Shown here piece after piece: positions 39,193 to 50,342 of a DNA stretch of 64,000 bases. The position numbers were made by a program, and so were the translations under genes. The first letter of the stretch is position 1. Each line of letters begins with the position of its first letter. A model generated the notes under the pieces. It did no database searches. It was not told the DNA's origin and saw nothing but the letters and a program-made list of their open reading frames with translations. This DNA comes from an uncultured virus (IMG/VR IMGVR_UViG_3300046003_003664) (Duplodnaviria; Heunggongvirae; Uroviricota; Caudoviricetes), in IMG/VR virus record IMGVR_UViG_3300046003_003664, one strand, 5' to 3'.

Positions 39193-40449
39193 TCAGGCAG
39201 CTTTCACCGCCCGAACTCGTGCTTTAAACATACCGTCCTTGATCCGTTCTACATTAGTTTCTCCGTCAGGAAAAACATCAGCAAATTTTACAGACTTGAC
39301 TCTATGCCAAATATCCAGCAGTTTCATCAGATGGACAGTAGACTCATTTTCTGAACCCAGACGACCATTATGATCACAAACACCGACAGACCACAGCAGA
39401 AAAACAACTTCTGGGTCATTAAATGCACCCATATCCATAAACATATTAACAAATGTCTTTGGATTCAGTGTATCCAGTTTGTGCATGTGCATGTGGTACC
39501 GAGTGGTTTTCATCACTCGATCCCGCATCTTTGAAGGGACGGTCAGGCGGTCACAGAAGTTTTTGGTAACAGGAACACCAGACATTTCGTGACCGTAGTG
39601 CTTTGGCAGTTGATCACGTGGTGTCAGACCCTTACCAAAGTCATGTACCAGACATGCCAGTCGAGTCTGCAGATCAAAACCTTTACGAACGGCTTGAGTC
39701 AGAACAATCATGGTGTGTTCGTATGCATCACCTTCTGGGTGCCAACGGCGTGACTCCAGAGCAGTCTTCAGTCGATACACTTCTGGGAACAGAACATGCA
39801 GTGCATCGCACTCCAGCAGAGTATCAAAGAACAGGCGAGGAAATTCCTCTTCCATTGCCCGTGACAGTTCCTTCCAGACACGTTCGGCAGTCAGTTCATT
39901 CAGGACACCAGCTTTAGCCATTTTAGCAACCAGAGTTACAGTTTCTGGAGCAACAGTCCATTCCGAACCCAGACGAGCACGGAATCGGGCCAGCCGCAGA
40001 ACACGAACAGGATCTTCCTCGAAAGCATTAGAAGTGTGCCGCAGCACTTTGGCATGCAGATCATCTTTGCCGCCGAAAAAGTCATGAACCAGGAAACTGC
40101 CGGGGTTATCTTCCTCGGCTTCAAATGCCATAGAATTGATAGTCAGGTCTCGCCGTCCCAGGTCTTCCTCCAGTGTCACGTCAGTTCCAAATTCAGAGGT
40201 AAAGCCCAGGTAACCAGTCCCAGTCTTTTTCTCCCGCCGAGCCAGTGCATATTCATCACCGGTTTCGGGATGCAGGAACACAGGAAAATCTGCACCGACC
40301 TGAGAAAACCCAGCAGCCAGCATGTCAGAAGGAGATGAACCAACGACAACATAGTCTCGGTCCTTGGGTTCCAGACCCATCAGCATGTCACGGACGGCGC
40401 CGCCTACTAGGAAAACAGATCTAAATTCTTCAACAGTTGGTGTTTTCAT
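39193..40449 (-). CDS. cca: multifunctional CCA-adding enzyme with HD domain
   Basis: VGGAVRD, DRDYVV, ALARRE, RRDLTIN, EDPVRVLR, HDFGKG. Confidence 0.93.
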   Translation of the reverse strand: MKTPTVEEFRSVFLVGGAVRDMLMGLEPKDRDYVVVGSSPSDMLAAGFSQVGADFPVFLHPETGDEYALARREKKTGTGYLGFTSEFGTDVTLEEDLGRRDLTINSMAFEAEEDNPGSFLVHDFFGGKDDLHAKVLRHTSNAFEEDPVRVLRLARFRARLGSEWTVAPETVTLVAKMAKAGVLNELTAERVWKELSRAMEEEFPRLFFDTLLECDALHVLFPEVYRLKTALESRRWHPEGDAYEHTMIVLTQAVRKGFDLQTRLACLVHDFGKGLTPRDQLPKHYGHEMSGVPVTKNFCDRLTVPSKMRDRVMKTTRYHMHMHKLDTLNPKTFVNMFMDMGAFNDPEVVFLLWSVGVCDHNGRLGSENESTVHLMKLLDIWHRVKSVKFADVFPDGETNVERIKDGMFKARVRAVKAA

Positions 40450-40889
40450 TTTGTTTCCTCTACCTTATAGAATCAGTATAAACTATTTGATAGCATTTGT
40501 CAACCCTTATTAGTATATTTTTCTTGTAGTTTCAAAAATTGTACATATTCAGCAGCATCTTTTGCTGCTTGTCTTGTTTTCTCTTTTTCTTTTCTAGCAA
40601 GATCAGCATTTTCCAATTCATTTTCGTAGTTTCGCATAAACTCATCGGAATCAGCAAATTTATCTACATACATATCATGTGAGATACTACCGCTACCTCC
40701 TTGATATGAATAAGAACCATGCAGTTCAAAAATAACCATTGTCTAACGTAAATCGATCATAATAATACTTTTCACGATAACCAGACGAGTATTTTTGTTC
40801 CAGTTTTTCGATACGATCAAAGAGTGAACTTGCAGCTTGATCTACGATTGCGTACTCATCAGCAAAGTTTGCAAGTTGTTCCTTATTCA

Positions 40890-41314
40890 TCATTGATTTG
40901 ACTCACTTTTATTTTGAAGCAATTCACCGGCATCACCACGGAAGTCAATATCGGATAAAATTTCCTGCGGCTTGAATGTTACACGGTGATGATAGACACT
41001 CACGTTAGCAGTTTCAAGTTGTTCAGCAAAATAGGTCACGTTGTCAGACAAACCGAGGAAGTGCTTTTTGAAAGCATCGCGACCGATCTTGCATGTCACT
41101 TCCAACTGAGTAGTCTGATCTTCAATAGAGCACCGACCTTCGATTGTCAACATATATGTATCTGTAATACCGTTATAGAATACGATACGGCGGTCAATTT
41201 CAAAGTTGTCAGCAGCTTTTGAAATATTGTATGATGCCACTTGTGCATCATCTTGGCAGCCAGCAAGAGCAAACAGTGAAGTTGCAGCAAGAGCAGTAAG
41301 AGTTAGTTTATGCA
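40890..41314 (-). CDS. conserved phage lipoprotein
   Basis: LAGC lipobox; AADNFE..RRIVF.NGIT. Confidence 0.7.
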
Positions 41315-43560
41315 TTATGTCGTTTCCTTTTATACCCGTCAATGATGTTGGTGTATTTCTGTTTTTCTTCTGATGTCAAAATAAGTTCTGGGTCATAATC
41401 GTCATCGTATAAAGATGCGACTTCCATTGGTCTTTTTATTTGATTTTTGTATGATTCCATACTTTTTCTTTTATCTGAAGAAGATGATTGTGTTCTTTTA
41501 CACTCGGTGCATTCGTGATGATGAGTTCTGAATTTTACAATTAAGTAGCCATCACTCACCTTTGGAGTCCAAATTTCTGTTCTAGAGCTTTCTATAAACT
41601 TTGTGAAGCAGTCATTGTATGTGCAATCGACCTTACCAGTTTCTGGATTTATGTATTTTACATTTTTATTATTTGGTAACTTTTTCAGAGCCATCATTCA
41701 AACTCACATAAAAGTTCTTCATAAAATAAACAATCATTTACATATTCTGGATCATAGTTATCCAAATTGTAGATTGATTCTAGATATTGCTGATGTGCAT
41801 GAAAATCACGTTCAGCTTCGAGATGAGCAGCAAGTTCTTGATCTGGTGACATACCACAAGCAGACACAAGAATAACAGCGACAAAGGCAATGTATTTCAT
41901 TTTGTTTCCCATTCAAGCAAAAGCAGTGTCAAAGCAGACTTGTCCATATTCACCGAGAGTGAATGCACCTGCTTCAAATAGACCGGCAATCATTTTAGCA
42001 TCAGTTTCGTTATTGATGTAGAGTTCGTCAATTTCAACTTCATCTTCAACTAGAGTAACAGTCCAAGACCAATCTTCGGTTTTGACCCCGTTGCGCCGAA
42101 CTTCAGCCCATTCTTTTTCAACAGTTGTCATACGCATTAGCATTCACCCCGAAATTGACGAAATCCGACAGACCATTCAGCATTCCTACGAGCAGCATCG
42201 AAAGAGACAAAAGGTCCTGCACTCGTAAACTTATCATCGAGTCGACCTTCGGGTGTGTAAACCATCCACGTATTACGGTCATATTGAGCGGGTGCAACAC
42301 CTCGGACAATTCGTACTTCTCTGAGAGAATTTGTCGCTACAGCAGTGGTTTCATCAAGAGTTTCGAAGGTCATCATGTTTCGGTTCCTTTATCACCTTAT
42401 AGAATCAGTATAAACTATTTGAAAACATTTGTCAACCGTTATGATGAGTGACTGCCAAAATTTGCCAACCATGCTGCAAATACAGTATCGTGCGTGGATA
42501 CAGCAAGAAGTTCTTCAACATTCTCGCATTCTGATGCTATTTCACATTGCTTTTTAAATGACGTATTATATACTATAGCAAACAATTCAGCTTTAAGTTC
42601 AAGATACATAATATTCCGTAGTTCTTCTTCTGCACTAATTCCAAATATTGGTGGACTATCAAGACTTTCGGAAGTATATTTTACTCTAAGATGAACTGTT
42701 TTACCGTCAACTACTACTGAAAATGTATAGATTTTCAAACCATCAGATAAATTCTCGTGAGATATAATTGGATATTTGATACCACTTAATTCTATTTCAG
42801 TTATCATTGTGGATTTACCTCAAATTTATTTGTAATTTTTTCTTTAACGTCGTTACATGTATCATCAACATCCCAATTATTCTCAAGTGCAATTTTGTGT
42901 CTCTCAGAAACTACTGAAACACATTCCTTTGCAATCAAACTTGCAAATACTTCGAGGGCATCTGAAAACTCTCGATTCTCTTGCCAGATGCGCTCTTTGT
43001 TTCCATTTGCCCAAGGTCCTTGGACCATTCCTGCCTCTTTGGCAAGTTTTGTAATTAAATTTTTGTTCATCATTCACGAATCCTATAAATATCTGAGGTT
43101 TTGCGTCCATCTAGTTTAGTAATTACTTCATGACTATGATCTTTATGATCATTTGGCCAATCATATTTAGAATCTGGTGTCTTAAACTCAATCCTAAAAG
43201 AATATTTAGTCTTAATTAAACGACCTTCCCATTACATTGGCCGCAAAATTCATTCCAATAAGTATAATCATCTCGATGATAATCAGTTATTTCACTTTTT
43301 TCAGATATACCTTTGCCCTGACAATGTGAGCAAACTATTATATCTACAACTGATTCCCATTTAGGTTCTATTTTCATCTCGTGTCTCCGATTTTGCTGCA
43401 ATATATGGATATAGAGTCTTACCTTGACGATTCAGGAAAAATTCGGCTGCAGCCAAGGCAGAACCTCCACGTGAGGATGAAAACATAGTGTGGTTCGATG
43501 ACCATTCACGAGTTTCAGTCATAAGTTCTTTAGCTTCTTCGTGCGATACAAGTTTCATTT

Positions 43561-43926
43561 TTATTCTCCGTAGTGTTTCAGAAAGTTATTCATGTATACC
43601 CGAATATTTTCAGCACCGACTGGGTTCTTGGAATGAACCTTGAACTCAAAATCATCTGGTAACTGAAGACCATCCATAATCATATCACAAAGTTTTCGTG
43701 CAATCTCATAACCAGTCTTTTCGCCGTCACCAAGGTCATGGTCAAAGCTGATCATTTGTGGAAAACCAAATGTGACTACAAGTTCAAGAACATCAAGCCA
43801 GTTTCGAGCAATAGTCCAGTCACCGTCACGATAAAGTGCTTGATCTTCCCAAGGTCCCCATTTTACATCCATGGGAACTCGTTCATCATCAATGAAAAGA
43901 TTATAGGTCATTACAAAATTCTCCAT
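43561..43926 (-). CDS. cyclic-phosphate-processing receiver-like (cREC) domain protein
   Basis: LFIDDER, SFDHDLG, TGY, HSKNPVG. Confidence 0.75.
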   Translation of the reverse strand: MENFVMTYNLFIDDERVPMDVKWGPWEDQALYRDGDWTIARNWLDVLELVVTFGFPQMISFDHDLGDGEKTGYEIARKLCDMIMDGLQLPDDFEFKVHSKNPVGAENIRVYMNNFLKHYGE

Positions 43927-44117
43927 TGATGATATTCAAACGACTGTTGCCACATATACTTTTCTGCTTCTGCATAATCAGAAAAGGCTCTGACACCTGT
44001 CCAATCGCCATCTGCATACCGAGGTTTGCACTCCACAAGATACATCATTAGATGATTCCTTTTCTACCTTATAAATAGATAGTATACCGATTCTTCACAT
44101 ATGTCAACGGAAATGAA

Positions 44118-44603
44118 ATGATAACTAATTATTTTTCCCCACTAGAATTTATCGTGTCCGTCAAGAGATTACCGAACACCGAGTTCTTTACACAGAGAAC
44201 ACAGATACCTGGTGTATCTGCAGCACCAATTGTTAATCCAACACCATTTAACAATATATTTGAAACTCCAGATAAATTGACTTATGATAATTTTAACTTT
44301 TCATTTATAATAGATGAGAAAATGAATAATTATCTTGAGATTTATAACTGGATTAAAGGTGTTACATTTCCGCAAAATTTTGACCAATTTAAAACAATAA
44401 ATGAAAGCAAAGAAGGTAGATTTTCTGATATTTCAGTATTGGTATTAAACAGCAGTAAAAATCCTTCTATTAATATTACATATAGAAATTGCTTTCCAAT
44501 AAGTCTTTCAGAAATAAATCTTGATACTACATCCTCGGACCTAGTCTATCCAGAGGCAACTGTAACATTTCAATACGATTATTATGAAATAGAACAGCTT
44601 TAA
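44118..44603 (+). CDS. 3: tail completion/sheath stabiliser gp3-like
   Basis: Tube-fold motifs (F..Q...IPG, F..DE...NY, FP.SLS); T4 synteny before uvsY; TATAAATA at 44070. Confidence 0.75.
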   Translation: MITNYFSPLEFIVSVKRLPNTEFFTQRTQIPGVSAAPIVNPTPFNNIFETPDKLTYDNFNFSFIIDEKMNNYLEIYNWIKGVTFPQNFDQFKTINESKEGRFSDISVLVLNSSKNPSINITYRNCFPISLSEINLDTTSSDLVYPEATVTFQYDYYEIEQL

Positions 44604-44655
44604 GTAGTTGACTTTTATTAAAAAGATTATATAATATATAAAATAGATTTATAGT

Positions 44656-45105
44656 ATGGAGACTTCAATGACACTGGAAGAATTAAATGAAATGTGGGCT
44701 AAGGATGCAAAGATTGATGAAGTTGTATTAGGTCATGAAGCTCTTAAAATACCGCAGTTACATAACAAATATTACACATTATATAGTAAAGAATCTCTGA
44801 GATTCAAAAAATATAGAGCCGATTTAACTCAACTAGAACATGCCAAATATGAATGGTACACCGGAACAATGGCTGAAGAAGACATGAAAACCCGTGGCTG
44901 GCGACCAAATTCTCTCAAAATTTTAAGAGCTGATGTAAATAAATATATTGAGAGTGACCAAGATGTCATTAACTTGAGTCTCAAGATTGACTATCATTTG
45001 CAATTAGCAAATTATCTTGAGGACATTGTCAAACAAATCAACAATAGAAACTTTATGATTAGAGCAGCTATCGACTGGGCCCGCTTCCAGGCTGGGGGAT
45101 ATTAA
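44656..45105 (+). CDS. uvsY: recombination mediator UvsY
   Basis: W.KD..ID, IP.LH.KY, I..R.F.I..AIDW..F.AG. Confidence 0.88.
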   Translation: METSMTLEELNEMWAKDAKIDEVVLGHEALKIPQLHNKYYTLYSKESLRFKKYRADLTQLEHAKYEWYTGTMAEEDMKTRGWRPNSLKILRADVNKYIESDQDVINLSLKIDYHLQLANYLEDIVKQINNRNFMIRAAIDWARFQAGGY

Positions 45106-45111
45106 TATATT

Positions 45112-46617
45112 ATGGCAGACGTAGTAACTATTGAGTACTTTAACGATGTACATATGAAGGTCATAGGTGATCCTGGTATTCGTCAAGAACTATCCCAGTA
45201 TTTCTCATTTAGACCACCTGGTTATCAATTTACGCCAGCATATAAAAACCGAGTTTGGGATGGATTTTTTCGCTTGTATAATCCAATGCGGCCACTTCTA
45301 TATGCTGGTCTTGTTGACTACATCAAGAAATTCTGTGAGGATCGTGAATATGAAATAGTTATTCCAGATTCAATGGAACCTGAAACTGATATTCCAGATA
45401 ACTATGTTGAAGAACTTGCCGAAGAGATTGGTGCAAAATTAAAGCCGCGTGATTATCAAATTCAATATGTTCTCAATGCTCTTCGGAATAGAAGATCACT
45501 TTCATTGTCTCCAACATCATCTGGTAAATCATTTATCATTTATCTAATTCAGCAGCACTATTGGAGAGCATTTAATCATCGCACATTGATTATTGTTCCG
45601 ACAATTTCTCTTGTTCACCAAATGGCCGGCGACTTTATTGATTATGGTTGTGACCCAAAGCAGATTTACAAAATTCAGGGTGGTGTTGATAAGACAACTT
45701 CAGCTCCGATAGTAGTTTCAACATGGCAATCACTCATTCGTCAACCAAAAGAATGGTTCGACCAATTCCGTGTTGTGCTTGGAGACGAAGCACACTTGTT
45801 CCAAGCAAAATCATTGACAACAATTATGGAAAAACTAACAGATGCACCTTATCGCCATGGGTTTACAGGTACAATTTCGTCAGAGTCAAAAGTTCATAGA
45901 CTGATACTTGAAGGTGTGTTTGGTCCAATCAAACGCTTTGTTACCACGAAACAGCTTATGGATGAAGGTACTGTTGCGGACTTCAAGGTGAAAGCACTTG
46001 TTCTCCAACACGATAAAGAGTCTAAAGATACATTTGTAAGAACTCTCAAAGACATGAAGAAGAAAAATCCTACCAAAAAGAACATGGTATATGCTTTTGA
46101 AAAAGAATATCTTTTTGCAAATGAGAAACGAAACAATTACATACAGAAGTTGGTTCATTCCCTCGACAATCAGAATAACCTGATACTTTTTGATTGGGTT
46201 GAGAAACATGGTAAAATCTTAGAACCTTTGCTACGCAAAGAAGGACGAATCCTACATTTTATCTATGGTAATACACCTGGTGAAGAACGTGAACGAATTC
46301 GTCATTTGATTGAGAATGATCCATTGAAGAGACATGACATACTAGCTTCGTACGGAGTTTTCTCTACAGGTGTTTCTATAAAAAGAATAGACAATGCTGT
46401 CTTTGCATCTGCATACAAAGCAGAGATTAAAGTTCTTCAGTCAATTGGTAGAACACTACGCAAAGGTAATGGCTCAGATAAAGCAATCCTCTATGATATT
46501 ACAGACGACTTGACAGTAGGTTCATTTACGAATTATACTCTCCAACACTTCCGCCGCCGAATTGAAATCTATGCCGCGGAACAATTCCCATTCAAGATAT
46601 ATAATATAGATTTATAG
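45112..46617 (+). CDS. uvsW: RNA-DNA/DNA helicase UvsW
   Basis: PTSSGKS, GDEAH, QSIGR. Confidence 0.93.
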   Translation: MADVVTIEYFNDVHMKVIGDPGIRQELSQYFSFRPPGYQFTPAYKNRVWDGFFRLYNPMRPLLYAGLVDYIKKFCEDREYEIVIPDSMEPETDIPDNYVEELAEEIGAKLKPRDYQIQYVLNALRNRRSLSLSPTSSGKSFIIYLIQQHYWRAFNHRTLIIVPTISLVHQMAGDFIDYGCDPKQIYKIQGGVDKTTSAPIVVSTWQSLIRQPKEWFDQFRVVLGDEAHLFQAKSLTTIMEKLTDAPYRHGFTGTISSESKVHRLILEGVFGPIKRFVTTKQLMDEGTVADFKVKALVLQHDKESKDTFVRTLKDMKKKNPTKKNMVYAFEKEYLFANEKRNNYIQKLVHSLDNQNNLILFDWVEKHGKILEPLLRKEGRILHFIYGNTPGEERERIRHLIENDPLKRHDILASYGVFSTGVSIKRIDNAVFASAYKAEIKVLQSIGRTLRKGNGSDKAILYDITDDLTVGSFTNYTLQHFRRRIEIYAAEQFPFKIYNIDL

Positions 46618-46764
46618 ATTTAGGTTTCACCTTTATCTTTATGGATGATAATCCAATTATACCATGTGTCGTGAATTTGTCAACACAAAAGATGGTTCTT
46701 TAATTTTAGTTGACAAATGAATAACTTGATATATTATAAAATAAAAAACCAGAAGGAATGTATT

Positions 46765-47307
46765 ATGATACAGAAAAGAGTTAAAAAGAATTATATTAAT
46801 AACAAGGATCTTTACCAAGCACTCATTCAGTATCAAAAAGATTGTCGTGATGCTGAAGATTCGGGTGATGAGAAACCTATGGTTCCTAGATATATCGGCG
46901 AATCAATTTTTCAGATTGCAACAAGGTTATCCACAAAACCAAACTTCTCAGGATATTCTTTTAAAGAAGATATGATTATGGACGGTATTGAAAATTGTTT
47001 GCAATATATGCATAACTTCAATCCCGAAAAGACTGAAAATCCTTTTGCATATTTCACTCAAATTATTTGGTATGCATTTCTAAGACGAATTGCTAAAGAG
47101 AAGAAACAGATGTACATCAGATATAAATCATCGCAGTCGATGATTTCAATGGGTGAAACATATGAAGGCGGATCGGAACTTGCACTACATTTAAATACAA
47201 GCGCCGATTATATCAATAACTTTATTGAAGATTATGAAATTAAATTAAATAAAGGTAAAAAACAAAAAGAAATAGACGAGGCAAAAGATGTTACCGACAA
47301 TAATTGA
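46765..47307 (+). CDS. 55: late transcription sigma factor gp55
   Basis: NYINNK, DMIMDGIENC, NPFAYFTQI..AF.RRI.KEK. Confidence 0.93.
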   Translation: MIQKRVKKNYINNKDLYQALIQYQKDCRDAEDSGDEKPMVPRYIGESIFQIATRLSTKPNFSGYSFKEDMIMDGIENCLQYMHNFNPEKTENPFAYFTQIIWYAFLRRIAKEKKQMYIRYKSSQSMISMGETYEGGSELALHLNTSADYINNFIEDYEIKLNKGKKQKEIDEAKDVTDNN

Positions 47308-47442
47308 AGATTATATAAAGAATTTAACCAATAAGAATACACATATAGAAAGACGACAATTTTATTATGCCACACTTCTTAAAATTAGAGACGAAGTCGG
47401 AAGTGCAATTGCAAAGTATGAAAAGGAAAAGAGTGGACATAA

Positions 47443-48504
47443 ATGAAGATAGCTATATTATGCGATTCACACTTTGGAATAAGATCTGATAGTAAGATAT
47501 TTCTAGAACACCAAGCTAAGTTCTTTGGTAATTTGTTTTTTCCGTATTTAAAAGAATATGGTATTGATACTGTATTACATCTTGGTGATATTTTTGACCG
47601 AAGAAAGTACATTAACTTTTATACTCTCAAGAAATCAAGAGAGTTCTTTTTTGATGAATTAAAGCGCCGCAATATTGAAATGCACACAATTCTTGGAAAT
47701 CATGATACATTCTTTACAACAACAAATGAAGTTAATTCAAATGTACTTCTACTAAAAGAATATGATAACATTCATATATATGAAGATACTGTGGTTCATC
47801 TAGATTTTGGTTCAACAAAATTTGCAATGTGTCCTTGGTTGACCAAAGAGAATACAGAGACTAATATGAAAATCCTGAAGGAATCAAAGGCACACATTCT
47901 TTGCGGTCATCTCGATTTAAAAGGTTTTGAATTGATGAAAGGAATTGTCAGTGACCACGGATTTGACCATAAAGAGTTTTCGAATTTTGAAGCTGTTTAT
48001 TCTGGTCACTATCATCACCAGTCTGAATACGGCAACGTCAAGTATCTTGGTGCTCAATATGAAATGAACTGGTCTGACTATGGTTGTAAAAAAGGGTTCC
48101 ATGTCATTGATACTGAAACAAGAGAGTTGACATTTGTCGAAAATGATGATAGAATATATCATAAGTTAGACTATGATGATGTTGATCTAGCGATTGATGA
48201 TATTGCAGCTCTTGATACATCAATACTAAAAAACTGTTATGTCAAAGTTATCGTAAAGAATAGAACAAATCCATATCTATATGATTTATTCCTAAATAGA
48301 TTAAATGAATGTGGTGCTGCTGATATTAAAACAGTAGAAGATGGATTGAATTTATCTGGAATCGGTGTTGCCGAAATGTTAGAAGAAGCAAAAGACACGA
48401 AGGATATATTACATTCATATATTGACTCAGTTGAAACAAATATCAATAAAGTTAAGATTAAAACCGTTGTTGATCAATTATACTTAGAAGCAATGAATAT
48501 TTGA
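47443..48504 (+). CDS. 47: recombination endonuclease gp47 (Mre11-like)
   Basis: DSHFG, LGD.FD, GNHD, SGHYH. Confidence 0.93.
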   Translation: MKIAILCDSHFGIRSDSKIFLEHQAKFFGNLFFPYLKEYGIDTVLHLGDIFDRRKYINFYTLKKSREFFFDELKRRNIEMHTILGNHDTFFTTTNEVNSNVLLLKEYDNIHIYEDTVVHLDFGSTKFAMCPWLTKENTETNMKILKESKAHILCGHLDLKGFELMKGIVSDHGFDHKEFSNFEAVYSGHYHHQSEYGNVKYLGAQYEMNWSDYGCKKGFHVIDTETRELTFVENDDRIYHKLDYDDVDLAIDDIAALDTSILKNCYVKVIVKNRTNPYLYDLFLNRLNECGAADIKTVEDGLNLSGIGVAEMLEEAKDTKDILHSYIDSVETNINKVKIKTVVDQLYLEAMNI

Positions 48505-48567
48505 AATTAAAATCAACTATTCATTCTTTTTGCATTAATAATGCAAATATAGCGCAGTGAGGACTTA

Positions 48568-50280
48568 ATGCACATACAATTCAATAAAGTTAGATATAAA
48601 AATATTATGTCTGTCGGAAATCAATTCATAGAAATTGATTTGGTTAGATCTAAAACAACTCTCATTAGTGGTGCAAATGGAACCTCAAAGTCAACTTTCA
48701 TCGAAGCTGTTGTTTTTGCCCTCTATGGAAGGCCATTTAGAAAAATTAACAAGCCACAATTAGTCAATAGTATTAATCAAAAAGAGTTACTTGTTGAACT
48801 TGAATTTTCCATTGCAGCAGATAAGTATCTAATCAGACGCGGAATGAAACCAAATATATTTGAAATTTGGAAAAATAATGATCTTGTAAATAAAGATGCA
48901 GCAACAAGAGACTATCAAGAATATTTGGAACAGAATATTATCAAGATGAGTTTCAAGTCATTCTCTCAAATTGTTATCCTTGGAAGCGCAACATATGTTC
49001 CTTTCATGGAACTTCCAGCCGGTCAGAGAAGAGAAATCATCGAGGATCTTTTGGATATCCAGGTATTCAGCACAATGAATATTCTATTGAAAGAGAAAAT
49101 TGCCGATAATAAGACAAATATCATGGACAATAATTATTCTATTGATCTTTTGAAAACCAAAATTGAATCTGCAAAAGAACATAATGAGGAAATTCAACGG
49201 ATCAAAGAAACAGAAGTTGAAAAGATCAAAGGTAAAATTGAAGAAAATCTGAATACAATAGAGGTTGAAAAACAAGTAATTGAAACACTGGAAACTGAAA
49301 TTACTGAACTATCATTATTGATTACAGATAAAGCAAAACAGAAGAAAACTTTAGAACAAGCTAAAAATCTTCTATATGAACTAACATCAAAGTATAAAAC
49401 ACACATTGATGAAATTTCATTTTATTCAAATCACGATAATTGCCCAACTTGTAAACAAGGTATTGAACATCTATTCAAAGAACATATTGTATCGGAGAAA
49501 TCAGATCCTAATACAGAGTTACTTGGTGGGATTGACAAACTAAAGACTCGTATAGAAACTGTTGAAACTCGTTTGTCTGAAATTTCCGATGTTGAAGATA
49601 AAATTCAAAAACAACACAATACAGCAAATGGGCATCGGGTTCAAGTAAAGATTATGATCAATCAGTTAAAATCATTCAAGAAAGAACTTGAAGGTGCTGA
49701 ACGAGAAGTAGAAGAAATTGACCAAACAAAGATACTTGAGTTTATGAATGACCTGAAAAAGAAACAAGAAGAACAGACGGAACTATACGAGAACCGTGAA
49801 ACTCTCGGTATTGTTGGAACAATGTTAAAAGATGGTGGAATCAAGACGAGTATCATAAAAACATATATTCCTATCATGAATAAATTGATTAATCAGTTTC
49901 TATCAGAGTTCGAACTTTTTGTTGATTTTAACCTGGATGAAAACTTTAATGAAACTATCAAGTCACGGTTTCGCGATGCATTCTCCTTTGCTTCATTCTC
50001 CGAAGGTGAAAAAATGCGCATTTCACTCAGCATCATGTTTACATGGAGAGCTATTGCCAAACTAAGAAACTCAGTGTCAACAAATCTACTTATCATGGAT
50101 GAAACACTTGATGGCCCATCTGATGCTGATGGTGTTGAATCATTGATTGATATTCTCCACAAGATGAACGGAAATGACAACATCTTTATCATCTCACACA
50201 GAGGTCAACAATTCTCCGAAAAGTTCGATGATCACATTCGGTTTGAAAAGGTGAAAAACTTCACGCAAATTGCAGCTTGA
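48568..50280 (+). CDS. 46: recombination ATPase gp46 (Rad50-like)
   Basis: Walker A region, CPTC hook, FSEGE, MDE, ISH. Confidence 0.93.
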   Translation: MHIQFNKVRYKNIMSVGNQFIEIDLVRSKTTLISGANGTSKSTFIEAVVFALYGRPFRKINKPQLVNSINQKELLVELEFSIAADKYLIRRGMKPNIFEIWKNNDLVNKDAATRDYQEYLEQNIIKMSFKSFSQIVILGSATYVPFMELPAGQRREIIEDLLDIQVFSTMNILLKEKIADNKTNIMDNNYSIDLLKTKIESAKEHNEEIQRIKETEVEKIKGKIEENLNTIEVEKQVIETLETEITELSLLITDKAKQKKTLEQAKNLLYELTSKYKTHIDEISFYSNHDNCPTCKQGIEHLFKEHIVSEKSDPNTELLGGIDKLKTRIETVETRLSEISDVEDKIQKQHNTANGHRVQVKIMINQLKSFKKELEGAEREVEEIDQTKILEFMNDLKKKQEEQTELYENRETLGIVGTMLKDGGIKTSIIKTYIPIMNKLINQFLSEFELFVDFNLDENFNETIKSRFRDAFSFASFSEGEKMRISLSIMFTWRAIAKLRNSVSTNLLIMDETLDGPSDADGVESLIDILHKMNGNDNIFIISHRGQQFSEKFDDHIRFEKVKNFTQIAA

Positions 50281-50342
50281 TGTTGACAAATTTATCACCT
50301 TGTGATAAGATAAACCAAATACATTATAATTAAGAGGTACTT

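Noticed and set aside
9160..42436. Recurrent ccttatagaatcagtata...tgtcaac repeat as a CRISPR array or mobile-element end
   Set aside because: Copies are dispersed and intergenic with exact -35/-10 spacing; they are promoters, with no regular spacers or cas genes.
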